Positions 60,152 through 64,000 of a stretch of DNA of 64,000 bases are shown here, in pieces (the first letter of the stretch is position 1; every line of letters starts with the position of its first letter). The position numbers and the translations under genes are program-made. The DNA is from an uncultured Acidimicrobiia bacterium (GTDB lineage Bacteria; Actinomycetota; Acidimicrobiia; Acidimicrobiales; AC-14), in the NCBI GenBank assembly GCA_963836205.1, contig CAWIIV010000008.1:96001-160000 (forward strand), written 5' to 3'. Under the pieces are notes generated by a model, which was not told the origin of the DNA, did not search any database, and saw only the letters and a program-made list of their open reading frames with translations.

Positions 60152-61317
60152 CGGGCCGGTGCCGTGGGCAGGAGCACCTCCACCGTGGTGCCGCGGTCGG
60201 GCCGTGACCTCACCGTGACCTTGGCGCCGATCAGCTCCGCCCGCTCGTGGATGCCGAGCAGGCCGTAGGTGTGGCGGTGGCCGCCGTCGCCGGGCGCGTC
60301 GTCGGCGAAGCCCCGGCCGTCGTCCGCCACCCGCAGGCGCACACCGTCGTCGTCGCGGTGCATGCGCAGCTCGACCCGGGTCGCGTCGGCGTGCTTGACC
60401 ACGTTCTGGAACGCCTCCTGCACGATCCGGTACAGCGCCACCTCCACGTGCGGCGGCAGCTCCACCGTCTCCAGGTCGACCGCCACCTCCTTCACCGGCA
60501 GCGACCGGGCCAGGCTCTCCAGGCTGGGGCCGAGGCCGAGGTCGTCGAGAGTGGTCGGGCGGAGGCCGACGATGGCGCCCCGGGCTTCCTCCAGGGCGGC
60601 GGTGACCAGCTCCTTGGCCACGGCGAGCTCCCGCCCCACCACCTCGGGATTGGCCGCGGTGGCGGCGTCCTCCGCCGCCAACAGGTGGTACCAGAGGCTG
60701 ATGAGGCGCTGGCTGATCCCGTCGTGGATCTCCCCCGCCAGCCGCCGCCGTTCGTGCTCCTGGGCCTCGATGGTGCGGGTGGCGAAGCTCTCCAGCATCT
60801 CCTCCCGCTCGGCCAGGCGCTGGTAGAGGCGGGCGTTCTCGATGGCCCGGGCCATCAGGTTGGCCACCTGGGTGAGCAGGGCCAGGTCGTAGGACCCGTA
60901 GTCACGGGGCGCCTTGGAGTGGACGTTGAGCACGCCGATCACCCGTTTCCCCCGGGGGATGAGCATCGGCACCGAGACCATGGAGGCGTAGTCCTCGCCC
61001 CGGAGGGCGGGGATGTAGCGGTAGCGCTCGTCCTGCCACTTGTCGGGCACGACCGCGGCCTCGGCGTGGAGGGCCACCCAGCCGGCGATGCCCTGGCCCA
61101 GGCGGAGCTCGACCTTGCCGATCTGCTCGTCGAAGGGCGGGGTGGCGCCCGCCAGGACCACGCAGCCTCGGTCCTCGTCGAGCAGGTGGACGAAGCAGAC
61201 GTCGGAGCCGGTGGCCTCGGTGACCAGGTTGGCCACCCGCTGGACCACGTCGGCCACGTCCATATCGGCCGACGTGGCGTCGATGACGAGGCCCAGCAGC
61301 CGGACCTCATCTCTCAC
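60148..61317 (-). CDS. GAF-domain sensor histidine kinase (HisKA_3)
   Basis: ERRRLAGEIHD, QEAFQNVVKHA, DDGRGF, GLLGIHER. Confidence 0.92.
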   Translation of the reverse strand: MRDEVRLLGLVIDATSADMDVADVVQRVANLVTEATGSDVCFVHLLDEDRGCVVLAGATPPFDEQIGKVELRLGQGIAGWVALHAEAAVVPDKWQDERYRYIPALRGEDYASMVSVPMLIPRGKRVIGVLNVHSKAPRDYGSYDLALLTQVANLMARAIENARLYQRLAEREEMLESFATRTIEAQEHERRRLAGEIHDGISQRLISLWYHLLAAEDAATAANPEVVGRELAVAKELVTAALEEARGAIVGLRPTTLDDLGLGPSLESLARSLPVKEVAVDLETVELPPHVEVALYRIVQEAFQNVVKHADATRVELRMHRDDDGVRLRVADDGRGFADDAPGDGGHRHTYGLLGIHERAELIGAKVTVRSRPDRGTTVEVLLPTAPAR

Positions 61318-61341
61318 GGCCCAGATCTCATCAATAGGCCC

Positions 61342-62010
61342 CTAATGGAAGATCCCCTCCCGCAGGGCCATGGCGATGGCCTGGGCCCGGTCGGCGACCT
61401 CGAGCTTGCGGTAGATGCCGCGGGCGTGGGTCTTCACCGTCTCCTCGCCGATGAACAGCTTCTGCCCGATGGCACGGTTGGAGAGCCCGTGGACCATCAG
61501 CTCCAGCACCTCGCTCTCCCGCTGGGTCAGGCCGAGGCGGGCGCCGGGCCAGAACTCGCCGCTCTGGAGCCGGGCCGCGGTCATGGCCACCCGCCCGGCG
61601 AGGGAGGCGTCGATGGCGACGTCGCCCTCCATGACCCGGTCGAGGTGGTCGGCCAGCTCGGGGCCGGTGGTGGTCTTGAGCAGGAACCCGGACCCGCCGA
61701 CCCGCAGGGCCTGGAACAGGTACTGCTCGTCGTCGTAGACGGTGAGGAACACCACCTTCACCGATGGGACGGCGGCCACCATGTCCTTGCACAGGTCGAG
61801 CCCGCTGGCCCCCTTGAGGCGGACGTCGAGCAGGGCCACGTCGGGACGGAGCTCGGCGGCCAGCTCCAAGGCGTCGGGACCGTTGGTGGCGGCACCGACC
61901 ACCTCCACCCGTCCGCTCTGGGATGCCAGCATGGATCGGAGCCCCTCGAGCACGACCTGGTGGTCGTCGACGAGGAGCAGCCGCACGGGGGTATGCGAAG
62001 TTGGGCTCAC
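61342..62010 (-). CDS. NarL/LuxR-family response regulator
   Basis: LLVDDH, LLDVRL, FLLK, LTQRESEVL...SN..I...LFI...TVKTH. Confidence 0.92.
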   Translation of the reverse strand: MSPTSHTPVRLLLVDDHQVVLEGLRSMLASQSGRVEVVGAATNGPDALELAAELRPDVALLDVRLKGASGLDLCKDMVAAVPSVKVVFLTVYDDEQYLFQALRVGGSGFLLKTTTGPELADHLDRVMEGDVAIDASLAGRVAMTAARLQSGEFWPGARLGLTQRESEVLELMVHGLSNRAIGQKLFIGEETVKTHARGIYRKLEVADRAQAIAMALREGIFH

Positions 62011-62098
62011 GGAACGAAAGTATCCCCCGCCCGGATCACCCGCATGGGCCACCTGCGGAGGGAGGCGCTCCGACCCCCCTTGCTATTAGGTTGGGGAA

Positions 62099-62806
62099 AT
62101 GAGTGGGGAAAGCCGCGTCGCAATCATCCCGTCCGTCCTTCCTGCCGACCACGCCCGGATGGGCGAGGAGGTAGCCGACCTAGAAGCAGCCGGCGTCGAC
62201 CGCATCCAGTGGGACGTGATGGACGGTCGCTTCGTCCCCAACCTCACCTTCGGCCCCGACCTGATCGCCGCCTGCCGCAAGCACGCATCGGTGCCGTTCG
62301 AGGCCCACCTCATGGTGGTCGAGCCCGACCTGATGCTGTCCAAGTACGTCGATGCCGGCTGCCAGATCGTGATCGTCCACGAAGAGGCCTGCACCCACCT
62401 CCACCGCACGCTTGGCAGCATCCGCGACATGGGCGCCAAGGCGGGCGTGGCCCTCAACCCCCACACCCCGCTCGACACGGTCGAGAACGTGCTCGACCTC
62501 GTCGACCTCCTGCTGGTGATGACGGTGAACCCCGGCTTCGGGGGCCAGGCCTACATCGCCACCATGGAGCCGAAGATCGCCCGGGCCCGGGCCATGATCG
62601 ACGCCAGCGGCTTCGACATCGACCTCGAGGTCGACGGTGGCATCAGCGCCGACACGGTGTCCGGCGCGGCGGCCGCGGGGGCCCGAGCCCTCATCGCCGG
62701 CAGCGGCCTCTACAAGCACCCCGGTGGCCTCGCCGCGGCCGTGGCCGACATCCGCAAGCGGGCCGAGGACGCCATCGCCACCGCCGGCCGTTCTCAGGAA
62801 GGCTGA
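62099..62806 (+). CDS. rpe: Ribulose-phosphate 3-epimerase
   Basis: PSVL.AD, DVMDG.FVPNLTFG, AHLMV, MTVNPGFGGQ, EVDGG. Confidence 0.95.
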   Translation: MSGESRVAIIPSVLPADHARMGEEVADLEAAGVDRIQWDVMDGRFVPNLTFGPDLIAACRKHASVPFEAHLMVVEPDLMLSKYVDAGCQIVIVHEEACTHLHRTLGSIRDMGAKAGVALNPHTPLDTVENVLDLVDLLLVMTVNPGFGGQAYIATMEPKIARARAMIDASGFDIDLEVDGGISADTVSGAAAAGARALIAGSGLYKHPGGLAAAVADIRKRAEDAIATAGRSQEG

Positions 62807-62812
62807 ACCGCC

Positions 62813-63760
62813 ATGCCCGACAAGCAGGTCAACATCCAGAGGGCCTGGCGCACCAACGGCGAAGGACCGGGCCGGCCCATCATGCTCGCCATCGCGGGCG
62901 ACAGCGCGGCCGGCAAGACCACCATCACCAAGGGTCTGGTCAACGCCCTCGGCGCTCACCGCATCACGTCGATCTGCGTCGACGACTACCACAAGTACGA
63001 CCGCATCGAACGGAAGACCAAGCCGTTCACGCCGCTCCACCCCGACTGCAACTACGTCGACATCATGGAGCAGCACCTCCAGCTGCTGGCCCTCGGCCAG
63101 CCCATCCTCAAGCCCGTCTACAACCACAAGGACGGCACCCTGGGCCGTCCCCTGCTCGTCGAGCCGCGCGAGTTCGTGATCATCGAGGGCCTCCTGCCCC
63201 TGTTCACCAAGCTCAGCCGGGCCTGCTTCGACGTGTCGGTCTACCTCGACCCGCCCGAACCCATCCGCTACGAGTGGAAGATCAAGCGCGACACCCAGAA
63301 GCGGGGCTACACCGAGCAGGCGGTGCGCGACGACCTGGAGAAGCGGGAGCCGGAGTCGGCCGCCTACATCCGTCCCCAGCGCACGGCGGCCGACATCGTC
63401 ATGCGGTTCGACCGCATCGAGGGTCGCGACCCCGAAGAGCCGCTGTCGGCCAGCCTCATGCTCCGGCCCACCATCGCCCACCCCGACCTGGCCAACATCC
63501 TCACCGAGGACCACCGCGAGGCCATGCACCTCAAGCTCATGCGCGACGACGACGGCAAGCCGGTCGACTCCCTCCACATCCACTCCTACGCCGACCGGGA
63601 GGTCACCCGCGACGTGGAGCAGTCGATCTGGAAGCAGCTCGGCGTCGACGACCCCATCCCCGAATCGCTGGGCGTGATCGAGGACAACGTCCGCAGCGAG
63701 CCGCTGGCCATCTCCCAGCTGATCCTGCTCTACCACCTCTTCCAGGCCCAGCTCGGATAA
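62813..63760 (+). CDS. prk: Phosphoribulokinase
   Basis: AGDSAAGKTT, DDYHKYDR..RK, KPVYNH..G, EGL, WKIKRD...RGY, YIRPQ. Confidence 0.92.
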   Translation: MPDKQVNIQRAWRTNGEGPGRPIMLAIAGDSAAGKTTITKGLVNALGAHRITSICVDDYHKYDRIERKTKPFTPLHPDCNYVDIMEQHLQLLALGQPILKPVYNHKDGTLGRPLLVEPREFVIIEGLLPLFTKLSRACFDVSVYLDPPEPIRYEWKIKRDTQKRGYTEQAVRDDLEKREPESAAYIRPQRTAADIVMRFDRIEGRDPEEPLSASLMLRPTIAHPDLANILTEDHREAMHLKLMRDDDGKPVDSLHIHSYADREVTRDVEQSIWKQLGVDDPIPESLGVIEDNVRSEPLAISQLILLYHLFQAQLG

Positions 63761-63781
63761 GGCCCGGCAGGGGTATCTCTC

Positions 63782-64000
63782 CTACGTCGCGCCCGCCGAC
63801 CAGGCCATGCGGATCCACCGGTAGCCGTACCCGTTGATCTCCAGCTTGGAGACGTCGGGGTTCGGTTCGTAGTCCGCATCGCCCAGGACCTCGACCGGGG
63901 GGTCGGGCAGGTCGCCGAGTTGATCGGAGAGGTCGATCACGCAGGCCTCGTCGGACAGGTTGGTGAGGGCGACCATGACGCCTGAGGGGGCGTCGTAGCG
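63782..64000 (-). CDS. C-terminus of an alpha-amylase / trehalose synthase-like protein (partial)
   Basis: ALTNLS...EVLGD..Y...INGYGYRWIR. Confidence 0.6.
   Translation of the reverse strand, partial: RYDAPSGVMVALTNLSDEACVIDLSDQLGDLPDPPVEVLGDADYEPNPDVSKLEINGYGYRWIRMAWSAGAT

Noticed and set aside
60247-63837. Long antisense or alternative-frame ORFs (e.g. 1196 aa here, 844 aa at 32904, 417 aa at 122)
   Set aside because: Shadow ORFs typical of high-GC DNA, overlapping well-supported genes and lacking motifs.

Overview
High-GC window that looks actinobacterial (possibly Acidimicrobiia-like; inference from gene content). Scattered frameshifts in otherwise intact genes suggest uncorrected long-read errors. 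The main discovery is at 1-9.1 kb. A tRNA-like gene with a UGG (Pro) anticodon and a non-Pro acceptor stem (4253-4441) carries a ~115-nt hairpin inserted in its D-loop. The apical loop of that hairpin (TTCCAGGGCATCA) is the reverse complement of five repeats in the 3' UTR of the adjacent small ORF (4473-4727). In that ORF, 9 of 11 Pro codons are the normally rare CCA. The locus is flanked by a divergent, apparently editing-dead LeuRS paralog and by amino-acid-tailoring enzymes (class V PLP enzyme, ATP-grasp, SIS protein, AurF-like diiron oxygenase, methyltransferase, cystathionine gamma-lyase-like). This suggests a 'guide-tRNA' system for mRNA-specific recoding of CCA to a non-standard amino acid (hypothesis). 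The rest of the window holds regulatory and housekeeping genes, a low-GC TIR gene next to an IS1182-family element, sulfite reductase and cysH, putA and tRNA-Val. It also has a defence-like island integrated at tRNA-Cys (integrase, AAA ATPase, PIN-like, RNA ligase, HEPN-DUF499, ISL3) and a Calvin-cycle cluster (cbbSL, cbbR, class I aldolase, rpe, prk).
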